In this document: positions 28,371-38,877 of the stretch, in pieces | Position numbering within the stretch: the first letter of the stretch is position 1 | Layout of the letters: each line of letters begins with the position of its first letter | NCBI GenBank assembly: GCA_000934665.2 | Contig: KZ538132.1 | Coordinates: 62,001 to 118,197 of the forward strand | Direction: 5' to 3' | Source of the DNA: Catajapyx aquilonaris | Lineage: Eukaryota | DNA length: 56,197 bases | The notes under the pieces: generated by a model | Seen by the model: the letters and a program-made list of their open reading frames with translations, nothing else | Told to the model about the DNA's origin: nothing | The model's database searches: none | Position numbers and translations under genes: made by a program

Positions 28371-31300
28371 CCCCCCCCCTCCCCTTCCCAACCTATATGA
28401 CTATTATTTTCTGTCTCGTTACTCTGGTGCATGAGGGGTGTGCTGCTCCCAAAGCTTAGGACTCATTATCTTGGGTCTGATGCGACTGTAGTTGATCGGC
28501 GGCCCGACCATTGGGCCGCACGGCCCAGCGAGCTCATCCGCCAATAAACATCTGCCGGCCGCTTGTTACATAGGCTGGGTGCGACTATAAGCCGGGTTGC
28601 ATATACCAGGTGCACTCATCCTTCTTCCGCATGCACATTACAGCTTTCATTCACCTTTAGTCTAACATGGTGATTTTTTGGGGGGAGCTCTGCGGTGAGC
28701 ATGCTGTCGGATTACGCTTTTGGCAGGTTTATTTTGTGTAAGTGCGGAATGCAGGTGTTTTTTTTGGGTTGCGAATTTTTAGCAGCTTGAAATTAGTCGG
28801 CGTGCAGGACTCGTTTAAAAACCAGTGCAGTGCGGCATGAATATTTGCACATAAGCCCACATGAACAGGTTCACGCTTTTACCCGTCCCTGCTGTGATGC
28901 GTAGTTATTTTAAAGGTGAGTTAGACTGGCGGGAAATAATTTAACAAGACGTGTGCTGCGCAGATCTTTCCTTTGCATTAGACTGATTAGAGCTTGCCAC
29001 TGACTAGTGGGACTATTGGAAAAGCTGGATGATATGATTGCAATGCATGAGCTTATCGGCAGTCCAAATAAGCTCTACGTCCGAACTGTCGCATGTCAAA
29101 GTATATCAGTGCTTTCAGTACATTATTCATTCACTCATTCGCCTAACAATTTTAAAGCATTTTAAAGTAACTTTGCACGATGCCATCATGCTGTATGTAC
29201 TTGTCAAGAAAAAGTTTCTAGCGATTGTATACCAGCTATATACTTGTATGATACCTGCATTTTACAAACCTATAATTATAACAATCGATTTGGAAAAATA
29301 AAACATCACGAACATGACAATTATTTGGCTACCTCGATTGCAAAAATTTGGTCGTACGTTTTACTTGCAGTTGATTATGCTGCATTGAGATCACCATCTG
29401 CTGGCAGTAAAAACTATAGACATTGATATTATTATGTAGTCATTCTGGTACTCGGTTCACGTAATGGAATTATAAGGCCTGGAGCTTATAACGCACGCTT
29501 TTTTAACAAGGCCAAGTGAGCCTCTTCTTTGAGGCATTAGCACGTTACCATGGAAGAAAATAACATTAAAATGCGCAGAGCACTCGAGAAGAGACGAGTT
29601 CGTGGAAAATACTTTTGATTAGCCCTCTCTCCCTCTCTCTCCCCTTTTTGTAAGGGATTAAATCTTGGCAATCGAGGGGCGAGATTCATCAGGAGCTTTG
29701 AAGCGTGACCCATTGATTAGTCAACCCTCCCACCCCATCTCCTCTTCTCTGTATAGCCCTCCCCCCCTGGGGTGTGCAGAGCGGGAGATGACCTCTTGGC
29801 CTGACGGGAGCTCAAAGGTCCGTGATGGGCATGAGCAATATCGGCAAGGTTTGGTGGGTGTCGGGGGAGGACCAGGACTCAGATCAAAGGAACCGCCACG
29901 GGCTCCCAAGGCAATATTGCTCGCCAGCGGCCGGCGGACCCCCACGACTAATGAAGCGCCGGGATGCCCAGGGTCACTCTGGGTGCTTCAAGGTGCCCTC
30001 CGCATACCCGATTTGGGGTTGCCCAAAAGGATACAAGGCGGCTCCATGACCAAAAGGGGGCAGAGATGCCAGCCCGTTTTTTATATAAAAAAGTATGATG
30101 CTTTCCAGGGGGTCCGGTATACCTCATGCAATGAATCGCTTGTTTTTAAGAACGTGATACCGGACCATTCCCCCAACCCCAGCACACCAAACACTGGCCT
30201 ATTGTGTTGTGTGCACAGTGTGACCGTAAATTCAATTTACTGGAAGCGCTGTCCATTAGTAAAAGTACATTCATATGCCATTGAATATCCCATGCAGTAT
30301 GAAGTTGATTGATTGGATGGAGTTCACGTGGGTGCAATTTCAAGCTGCATAATATATTATACCCAAATTACTGTGTACTACTGTTGGAAATGAGACAATA
30401 TTTGAATCAATAATGCAGCGGAGGAAATGGAAACAAATATTTCGGGCGTTGTTTTGAGCGTACTGGATTACACTCTGAAATTGTACGTGCCAGTTTGCAT
30501 AAGCATTTTGCATAGTAACTCGTTAAAAATTGGGGAGTTATAATACAACTGAGCAGTATCCTTGTTGATGACAGTGCATTTGATTAAGCACCGAATAGGT
30601 GTCGTTCTCTGATGGCTGCGGACTAGTAGTCGCAATGATTGAAACTGTGCTAGCAATTCATGCAGACATAGGGACATGTGCTGAGCTCATCCTAAATTCT
30701 GTTTATTTCTTAATAATTGAATATTTGTGAGAGTAATATCAAAATGTTTCCTCCCTAAATAACAGCAGCACAGCATGAGGCTACTGAACTTAAAGGGCTG
30801 CAACTGAAATGTTAATAAATTTTTTTTCTTCAATCCGGTCCTGATGGTAGAATACTCTGCTGTTATAAACTCGTTTGTTATGATAAAGGCGGCTGGGTAA
30901 ATATCATTCATTTTGTATAATTTATTGCTCAGTTTTGAGAGGACAGAAAGAGCGGCACTCTGGCGTTGATGTTATAGTAGCAACTCGTAAGCTCTCTTTT
31001 TCTATGCGATTTCATTAGCGATGGCAAAAAGGAGAAGGAATTTCAGACGTCTTGCTGAGATTCTTCTATCTCTCTCTTTCCTTTGGTCCTTCTCATGCAT
31101 TATTTTCCAGCTTGATTCTGTCATTTCCTTCTACCTCGCTTTCTCTAAGCTTATTTTCTCTTCCGCCAGCACTTCTTCAGTGCAGCAGAATGCATCGCAA
31201 CTTACCTGTGAATTTGCATTTGATTGCCTTAGAGCGCTGGGAAAGTCAGCAGCATACATCATATGATTTTATCATCATGAAGAAAAGTTTGCAAGTATTG

Positions 31301-32737
31301 TGAGACTTACTTTCTTCACATAAGTTTTAATGAGAAAAAGTTTGCACCGGAATGCGCATTGGGAGGTCTTTCCATTCGTACGTAATGCACAGGCTAATCT
31401 GAGCGAGTACAGTGCACTGCATAAATCTCCTTGAATTTTTTATCCGCGTGTGCTGTCAGTATCACGTGTCCTTTTTTAAAGTGCCAGTACATGGTATGGC
31501 CGGAATCCTAACCAATCTGATCCTGGAAAATGTAGGTAGAACTCGTGTCAATATAGTGACGGGTGGGTATGGAAGGTGTGCAGTGTTTGCCGGTGGATCA
31601 GGCTGACCGAGACCCATCCAGCAGTTTGGAGGGTAGGCTCCCCTGTCTGCAAATGGGCCTGTGGGTTCCATTATCTATGACGATAGTCACTTTCAATCAA
31701 GTGCGCCGCCCATAAAGCTCTCTGCACCAACGGTATAAAGTGGGGAGAACAAGTAGGTCGGCAAGTTCTCGCGGGGCATCGGCGCGAATTCGAGCGAAGA
31801 TTTATTTATTTTTTGTTTAAAGGGTAGGGTACCTCATTAGAGTCCCTATGCTGAAACTGGAGCGAGATGAAACATGTGTGCGGCAGTTATTTGAGCATGA
31901 TTCGTCAGTGGTGAGTTTCCGCTGCGGCTTGAATTGATTAGTTTCATCAGCAGACCCCTTGGTTTTAAGCGCGCGTGCATCGTGAATGATAAACAGCCTC
32001 AATTTCTCTCTTGTGCTCTCAAAGTCTCCGCATTTCGTAATTTACGACTAACCCCAGCAGCGTTCATTTGGTTACAATAGCAAACATGATGCGGCACAGG
32101 TTCATGGAGATACCCCCGTATGCTGCCACCGGTTATGATCCGAGCCCATAAAATCAGCCGTTCATCCCGACTAATTATGGAATGACACACGATTACTATT
32201 AATGATAGGGCTCAATGAAACGTAGGACTTTTCCCATTAAGAGAGTAATTATTTTAATAATTCCTGGCGCTGATAATCAATTTGGGTTTGGGGGGTAAAA
32301 ATGCTCAGTCGGGGGTAGAGGACAGCAGCCGCTGCGTGTCATTATGTGATTGGACTTGTTTCGCCAGAGAGCAAAATAGTGTGACTGGAACGGGTTTCAG
32401 CGTCACCGGGGGAAAAGCATTTTCCACTTGATTTTCTTCACACGGTTTGTTTGCTGTGATCTACGCCGGTGGTTCGGAGCGTATGTGGCAGCCAGCGATA
32501 TTTGGGGGTTTACAAAATATATTTTGGGCCCGGCGCCATGTGTACGTTTGTGTTTTTTTAATGTGGGTCGAGTGACATGTGACTGAGCTAATTTGTGGTG
32601 CTGACCACATCCGATTCGGTGACCTCCCCATCAGCCAACCGGTTACTAGCTTCATCGCTGGTTTTAAAAATAAAATACATGTATGCTTTCAGGTTGCTCT
32701 GAAAGCATATGGATTTTTTTTTCAGCGTTCGAAGCCA

Positions 32738-32799
32738 GTAAACAGTGCAGGCTGACTACTAAAAGCCTATCCTTTTAGTAGTCAGGCTGCAGTGTTTAC
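32738..32799. repeat. Near-perfect inverted repeat: 28-bp arms, 6-nt loop
   Basis: GTAAACAGTGCAGGCTGACTACTAAAAG-CCTATC-CTTTTAGTAGTCAGGCTGCAGTGTTTAC. 26 of 28 pairs are Watson-Crick, with two G.G mismatches. Confidence 0.9.
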
Positions 32800-35700
32800 G
32801 TCCAGCGAGCAATTGGTCACGATTATCCCTGCCGCTAGTGTGATTATGATATCAACCTGTCAAACGCTGCCCGTTAATATCAATGCGAACATGCTTCATG
32901 AGCCACGTTTTATTGACAATCCTTATACTGGTCCGGGAATACCGAGCCAAAGGTCGCTTCTGCCAGCTTGTTATGAAATAGATGGGCGTATAGAGTGAGA
33001 TTAATATCTGTTGTTGCACAAGACATGACAATAGCACGTCAGCGGTGTAGAGCAGGTGAAAGATCCTAGCTGATGCCTGAAGCGTACCGGTTAATCCAGG
33101 CAGCGTAAACTCTTGAGCGAGGTCTGAAATTCCCGACGCAGTGTGAGTCTCCTCCTCATAAACCTGAGTGGGTATACGGTACACAGAAGGAAGATTCCGA
33201 ATGGAAGGAAGAGCCGTAAATCAACACTTTGCAGGAGAAGCAGAAGCAGCAGCAGGGAGTCCCGCGGACTAAAGGATCGACGGGAGGATGGGTGTTTGCA
33301 GAGCCTTGATTCATGAGGTTCAAAGAGTATTTGAATCCATCGTTTTCCGTGATAATGGCCCTAGTGCTCGCTCGCCCACCGCCGCTGTCGGAATTGTTTA
33401 TCTTTCAATTTCCAGCAACCTGGGCTGCGGCTGCTGCCAACGAGGAAGAAGGAACTTGGTCCTTGCAAGGTGTAATCGCGGGGATTAATGGAATCGACAG
33501 AGTGGGAGGGGGGGGGGGATGTGGTACCAAGGGAAAGTGGGAGGGTTGATGCTCAAAAGCTTTTCGATAATATTCCGCCACATTTGTCTTTAGACGAGGT
33601 AACCTGAGGGACTGAGGAGAGATTAGGCAATAAGTTGGGGAGCTGACGGTGTACTTTTGGGTTAAGGAGATTTGCATGCTGCTGCGTTAAATATAAACAG
33701 GGAAGTCGATCATGTAGGTTCATTTAATTACACAATTTACTGTACATTAGAAGAATTTTTATGCATTGTGGACGAAACTTACAAATTTTCACCTGCTGTG
33801 GAAATAATATATGGTTTTTGCATCACTTGTACAACTATATATGAGAGGAAAACCTCGGTTGGGAGAACCGGAAGAGAGCAGGCACGTAGCTCCAACTTTG
33901 ACTGACATTTCAGCTTCCCTATATATGCAGCCGGAATAATATTTTTAGGTGTGTAAGGGGGGTTGTGAATGCAGAAAAGATTAGATTGTTCAGATTCGAA
34001 TAGAGGCATAAAGGGGAGCCCTGTTCTTATTGGGTGGGCCGAAATCGTGGTAGGGGGGGGGGGGGATTTCTCTCTGGGAACCGCTCCCCGCCGAGTTATA
34101 CGCAAATTAGATATTCGAAAGGGAGAAGTTGCAAAGTGCAGGGGAGGTAGGGAGGCAGGCTTGCAGGCTTCCAACTCTTGGCGGCGGCGGCCGAATGGCT
34201 CCAATGCAATGGGCTGGAGTTGGAATGGCACTCCCTCGTCGGCCTTGTGGTCATTTGGGAAGTCGGCGGAACTTTTACGGCTGCTCTCCCTCCCTCCCTT
34301 CCTCTCTCATTCCTCTGCCTCTCTCCTCTCTCTACCTCCATCCTTCACTCTCTGCGTCTTGCTCTATATGCACTCGGCCAGACGTAGCAACCACATCTGA
34401 ACTTCATCACGAAACCGCGCAAATTATCTCCGTGCGAGTTACCTTGCCCCTTTCAGTGCATTCACATAACATAATGCAACTGTTAGACTCTGGTGTTGCA
34501 TTGAAACATCATTTTAATCAACATCATAAATAGCTCACATCAGTGGGTGAATCTCATCATCGCTCTTGAGCGAGTCATTTACTGGCGGTTAATATGAATG
34601 AATAACAACCAGAAACCGCGAGGAATATGCGCGCATCGCATGAAGCGACACGTGTGACGGCCCAGCGGGGAATGCAATATTGTCACGCACTGTCGCCTTA
34701 CCAGTCACGACGGTCACGATGGCGGCAGGAATAAAATGGACTGTTTCGAGGCACCACTTCCGCCACAACCACACTCTCTCCCCCCCTGCTATATACCCAT
34801 GAACCGCTGACCGTACACCTATAAAAACCGGGGCATAGTACGCCTTTTTCTCCCACATCATCCGAGTACCCTGTGTCTCATTGTTTTCGCACAATAGAGG
34901 GACTGAGGGGGCTGGAAAAGTAGTCTGTTAAAATCAGGCGAAAAATTCAAGCCTCAGGTTAGCCATTCAATCCCCGACCACCTTTATTCGAGTGGACCAT
35001 TCTCAGCCGGAATGCAATCGGACCGAAACAGAGCACCTCCATACCCTCCCACCCCCGCCATACCTTTTCCCAACCTGATTCACTTCAATCCCCCAACGAA
35101 AGATGGCCGCCGGTCTGCCTGCCTCTGACATTAATAGTCCTCTCCCACCTGATGGATTACTGTTTGATGAGACAGCTTCTATATACAGAGTTAATTCTGT
35201 GGGATTTCCCCTTTTCCATTGAGCATGCTTGCCCGGCCCTATCCTATTCGGGGGTTATCCTCTGCCTACCTGTCAGTGAGAAAAGGTTTATGAAACAAGT
35301 GGGATGTTCCCTTACGCCCTCCTTTTTTATGCTATAAATAATTGTGCGTACGTATCATGTTGAAAGCTCGTACCCGCGGGATTAATGCCATGAAAATTTT
35401 AAGCTATAGTTGGCTGAACAACTATACCCGCACATGCCATTATGCGTGGAGCCTGCAAGAGTTTGAGAAAGTTTGTTGTACATTAGCTTTACAACAGATT
35501 TGGTTCTGAAATACTTGCTGCGTGATATCAAAATGTTGCTTTTGATTTTGGGTGCTGGAGGCCCTATAGTTATTGCGAATTAAATTTACAATGGGTTGCA
35601 TGAAAAAAGATACACAAAATTTAATGAATATCAGATTAAGCTGAGCCAGCTCATAACTTTGTGATCAGCTTTTCTCATTGTAGCCATCAGGCATGATGGC

Positions 35701-37170
35701 CATAATCTGCATAGGCGTAGTACTCTCATGTTTTCGCAACATCTGCGTGTAGGAAGTATATAGAACCCCCAGTTTGAAAAATATTCCTTCGGTACATTTT
35801 TCATGGTAATTTTCAGGTCACATTAAACTGAATGCATATATAGCGAGCCTTTGGTACACTATACAAGTATAGCCCATATGCGCGCATGAATTTTATACCT
35901 CCCACATCAGTCACTGATCTAACTATGCGTAGGATGCAGCTCCAGTGTTGATTGAATGCCCTTTAACTTTCATTTCATAATGGATTCTGTGCAGGTAGGA
36001 TGCACATTGTAGGTATAAATCGGTTTATTGTATCACTCGTCACCGTGATAGATATTGTCATGCCCACTTTTCGAAATTGAACCTCATGTCGCCGGCAGGG
36101 AAAAGCTCGCTTTGACAAACACAGACTTATATGAGCAGTGCATTTAGTTACTTTCATTATTCATTTGAATTGATACGTCGGACATACTTTAACTGCTGTC
36201 AATAAGGTATATGATTTGTTGCTGGAAATATAGTTAATAAATTAACTGTGTGTTACTTGGAAAACACTCAGCTATTCACTTGTTATATACCGGTAATGCA
36301 TTATAACATTTTATATGCCATTTTAGGTTCCTCTGGCGAACTTTTTGCTGGCTTGATAAGGCATCATCCTCTGGTTTGAAACAAATGGCTGCAGGATTGG
36401 GTCCCCACAGACTCGACTGCCGACGCCTGCAATCCAGACAGGCGGGCAAGGAGCGACGCAGGTATGGCGCTGTAATCCGCAACTTCTTCATCCGAAACCT
36501 CATTCCCTCCCTTCCCCTGCTGGCTTCCTCCAGCAGCCCTTCCTCCATCGCCATTACTCTGGAAAGTGTGAAAACAGCTCAAGTCCATCCCACCTTCTTC
36601 CGACGCTGCATCCTCGCGGGAGGACTTGGCCGCAACTTGCCCTCCCAAAACTTGCTTGCTTAATGACACCAGGAGCATTAGTTATGAGGATGGGATACCT
36701 GGCGTGTGGAGCCTCGTGGCCCGGGGGACTCCACAAGACGAGCCGGGGACCCAGGATTTATGCCCCTCCTTGACTAATGAAGCGAGAAAATACCTTTTGT
36801 GCATCTCCTCACGCTAATCTCTCGCCAGGTTAATCTGTCCGTAACCACCTGGGGGTCACATTTTTGCCTTAACAGCAACATGGTGGGAAGAAAGAAAAGG
36901 GGATTCAAGCACGTGCATTAGGTAGATTGTAACATACTGTATATGGGGGGTCGTGCGACCGTTGGCCATTGGCCGTGCTTCTACTGTCTGTAAGAATAGT
37001 AGGATCCCATCCTAATTAACTGTAAGACATTTGCTGAAAATACTTGTATAAGCCTATTTGTATAAGACTTACGTATTGGCATGGGATGCCATTGGCCGTG
37101 TTTGAGGGGGACTTCTTTATATAGAGATGTTTTGCAGTACTTTGACATGTAGTGGAAGGGAACTTGTCAA

Positions 37171-37243
37171 GCCGGGATAGCTCAGTTGGGAGAGCGTTAG
37201 ACTGAAGATCTAAAGGTCCCTGGTTCGATCCCGGGTCACGGCA
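37171..37243 (+). tRNA. tRNA-Phe-GAA: tRNA-Phe (anticodon GAA), intact copy 1
   Basis: GCCGGGATAGCTCAGTTGGGAGAGCGTTAGACTGAAGATCTAAAGGTCCCTGGTTCGATCCCGGGTCACGGCA, 73 nt, full cloverleaf. Anticodon arm TTAGA-CTGAAGA-TCTAA; intact A box (TAGCTCAGTTGG) and B box (GGTTCGATCCC); no encoded CCA. D, anticodon and T arms match metazoan cytosolic tRNA-Phe as I recall it. Confidence 0.97.
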
Positions 37244-37249
37244 GTCCAC

Positions 37250-37254
37250 TTTTT
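37250..37254 (+). terminator. Pol III oligo-T terminator (T5) of tRNA-Phe copy 1
   Basis: TTTTT begins 7 nt after the discriminator base. Confidence 0.8.
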
Positions 37255-37433
37255 GAGTTTAGTTATATTTTATTGGAAGCGCTCTATTGATTTTGGCATT
37301 GTTTGTGCCTACTCGTTTCATGACCTGTTCTGAAGTTATTAAAACTTTTTGCAGTTTTTTAAAAACTAAACTGTCATGCCTGCCCGGTTTTAGCATTTGC
37401 CAATTTATGTCAATAATATCAATTCTCAAGCAT

Positions 37434-37506
37434 CCCGGGATAGCTCAGTTGAGAGAGCGTTAGACTGAAGATCTGAAGGTCCCTGGTTCGGTCTTGGGTC
37501 ACGGCA
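37434..37506 (+). pseudogene. tRNA-Phe(GAA) probable pseudogene, copy 2
   Basis: Colinear with copy 1 but with 6 substitutions: G1C, G19A (A box/D loop), A42G, A58G, C61T and C62T. The B box becomes GGTTCGGTCTT and the 1-72 pair is lost. Confidence 0.85.
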
Positions 37507-38082
37507 TGGCAGTCGGTTTGAATTTTAAAGCTGTTTAGTGAATCTGTCCGCTACTGGGTTTCCGAGAATTATTGAACGTTATTATTCTAGTATTGAAGCT
37601 TTGGAATATTTTTATGGCCAGGTATATAAATGTGACCATGACAGTGAGCTGTCATAGCGTTAATAAATTATTAACCGTCATTATAAAAATGAGAATATTT
37701 GGCAAATAGGAATATGTTTATGTACACTGTAAACATACATACGTACAAGAAAATGGGAATATCAAGGAAAGTTAGCTATTATGAAAACGCAAATCTTCCT
37801 TCTGTTCCGGTGTAAATAATCGAATATACTAACTTACTATGCCATAGAATTCTATACTTATTAGTAGTCTACAAACATAAACTGTTAGTTTGTGTTTTGG
37901 CAAAAAAAAAACCACTTTTTTCAATCAAAAACAGCAGTTAACCCCCCGATTACTCTTTTAGCATGTCATACCAAGGAGATAAAATTACTAGCTAATGCGA
38001 CGAGCTGTCGCTGTAAGAACTTTCCCAGGTCAGCAGAGTGCATCTATAATAATATATCAGCGAGATCAAAGTTCGTAACAGT

Positions 38083-38155
38083 GCCGGGATAGCTCAGTTG
38101 GGAGAGCGTTAGACTGAAGATCTAAAGGTCCCTGGTTCGATCCCGGGTCACGGCA
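38083..38155 (+). tRNA. tRNA-Phe-GAA: tRNA-Phe (anticodon GAA), intact copy 3
   Basis: Identical to copy 1. AT-rich TATAATAATATA element about 27-38 nt upstream. Confidence 0.97.
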
Positions 38156-38159
38156 GATA

Positions 38160-38188
38160 TTTTCTTCTTCTTCTTCTTCCTTTTTTTT
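38160..38188 (+). terminator. Pol III terminator region of copy 3: T4, (CTT)n, then T8
   Basis: TTTT at 38160-38163 and a backup T8 at 38181-38188. Confidence 0.7.
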
Positions 38189-38795
38189 CACAGGCGCAGA
38201 CCTGAAATGGAGATCGATGAAAGTCACTTTATGAGGTATGAAGCTTTGAAGTTAGAAGCGCTCTTACGAAGTATATAGTTTCTTTTCAAAGCTTGATGTG
38301 TATGGACCGTGTATTACACTATACACGTGTCAGGGAACTGACTTTACCATCATAACGTAATTGCTACGGGTGAATTATGTAACAACTTGACTCATTTTCG
38401 ACAAAATGTAACTCTGACCTTTTTGACGATCATGTGTGCATATGAGAAAACATGGTAATGTATTTCACACTCTATAAACCAAACGTTGTCGTTTTCAAAC
38501 TCCGCATGCCGAGGAAAAGTACTGTACAGTGTACATGGCATTTAAAATGTTGTGCATATATTATTGATCGCGTTACATTGCGATTTGCATCATTTTGACA
38601 ACACTATACTAAGAAAAATATGTGAAAATGGTGTTACACTTCACGAATCATAATGTAATGCTACACTTTCGTGAAATCATTATTTTTAAAGAGGCGCATG
38701 CCACTCGAAAAGGGGTTGTATGTGTAGCGCTTTAGAGTCTGGCGTGCTAATATAGTGTAGTATAATACTACATTTTTAAATCTGAAAATATGTGC

Positions 38796-38799
38796 AAAA
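38796..38799 (-). terminator. Pol III oligo-T terminator (T4) of copy 4
   Basis: AAAA on + (TTTT on -) begins 6 nt downstream of the gene end. Confidence 0.65.
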
Positions 38800-38804
38800 G
38801 AATA

Positions 38805-38877
38805 TGCCGTGACCCGGGATCGAACCAGGGACCTTTAGATCTTCAGTCTAACGCTCTCCCAACTGAGCTATCCCGGC
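38805..38877 (-). tRNA. tRNA-Phe-GAA: tRNA-Phe (anticodon GAA), intact copy 4, inverted
   Basis: The + strand reads TGCCGTGACCCGGGATCGAACC...GAGCTATCCCGGC, the exact reverse complement of copies 1 and 3. Confidence 0.97.

Noticed and set aside
34790..34870. TATAAAAA at 34820 downstream of a CACGTG/GTCACG-rich patch
   Set aside because: No initiator at the expected spacing and no downstream gene, so it is not supportable from sequence alone.
38207..38230. Peptide MEIDESHF resembles the VEIDES motif of Merlin/IS1595-type transposases
   Set aside because: The flanking residues do not continue the transposase pattern and the frame stops 15 codons later.
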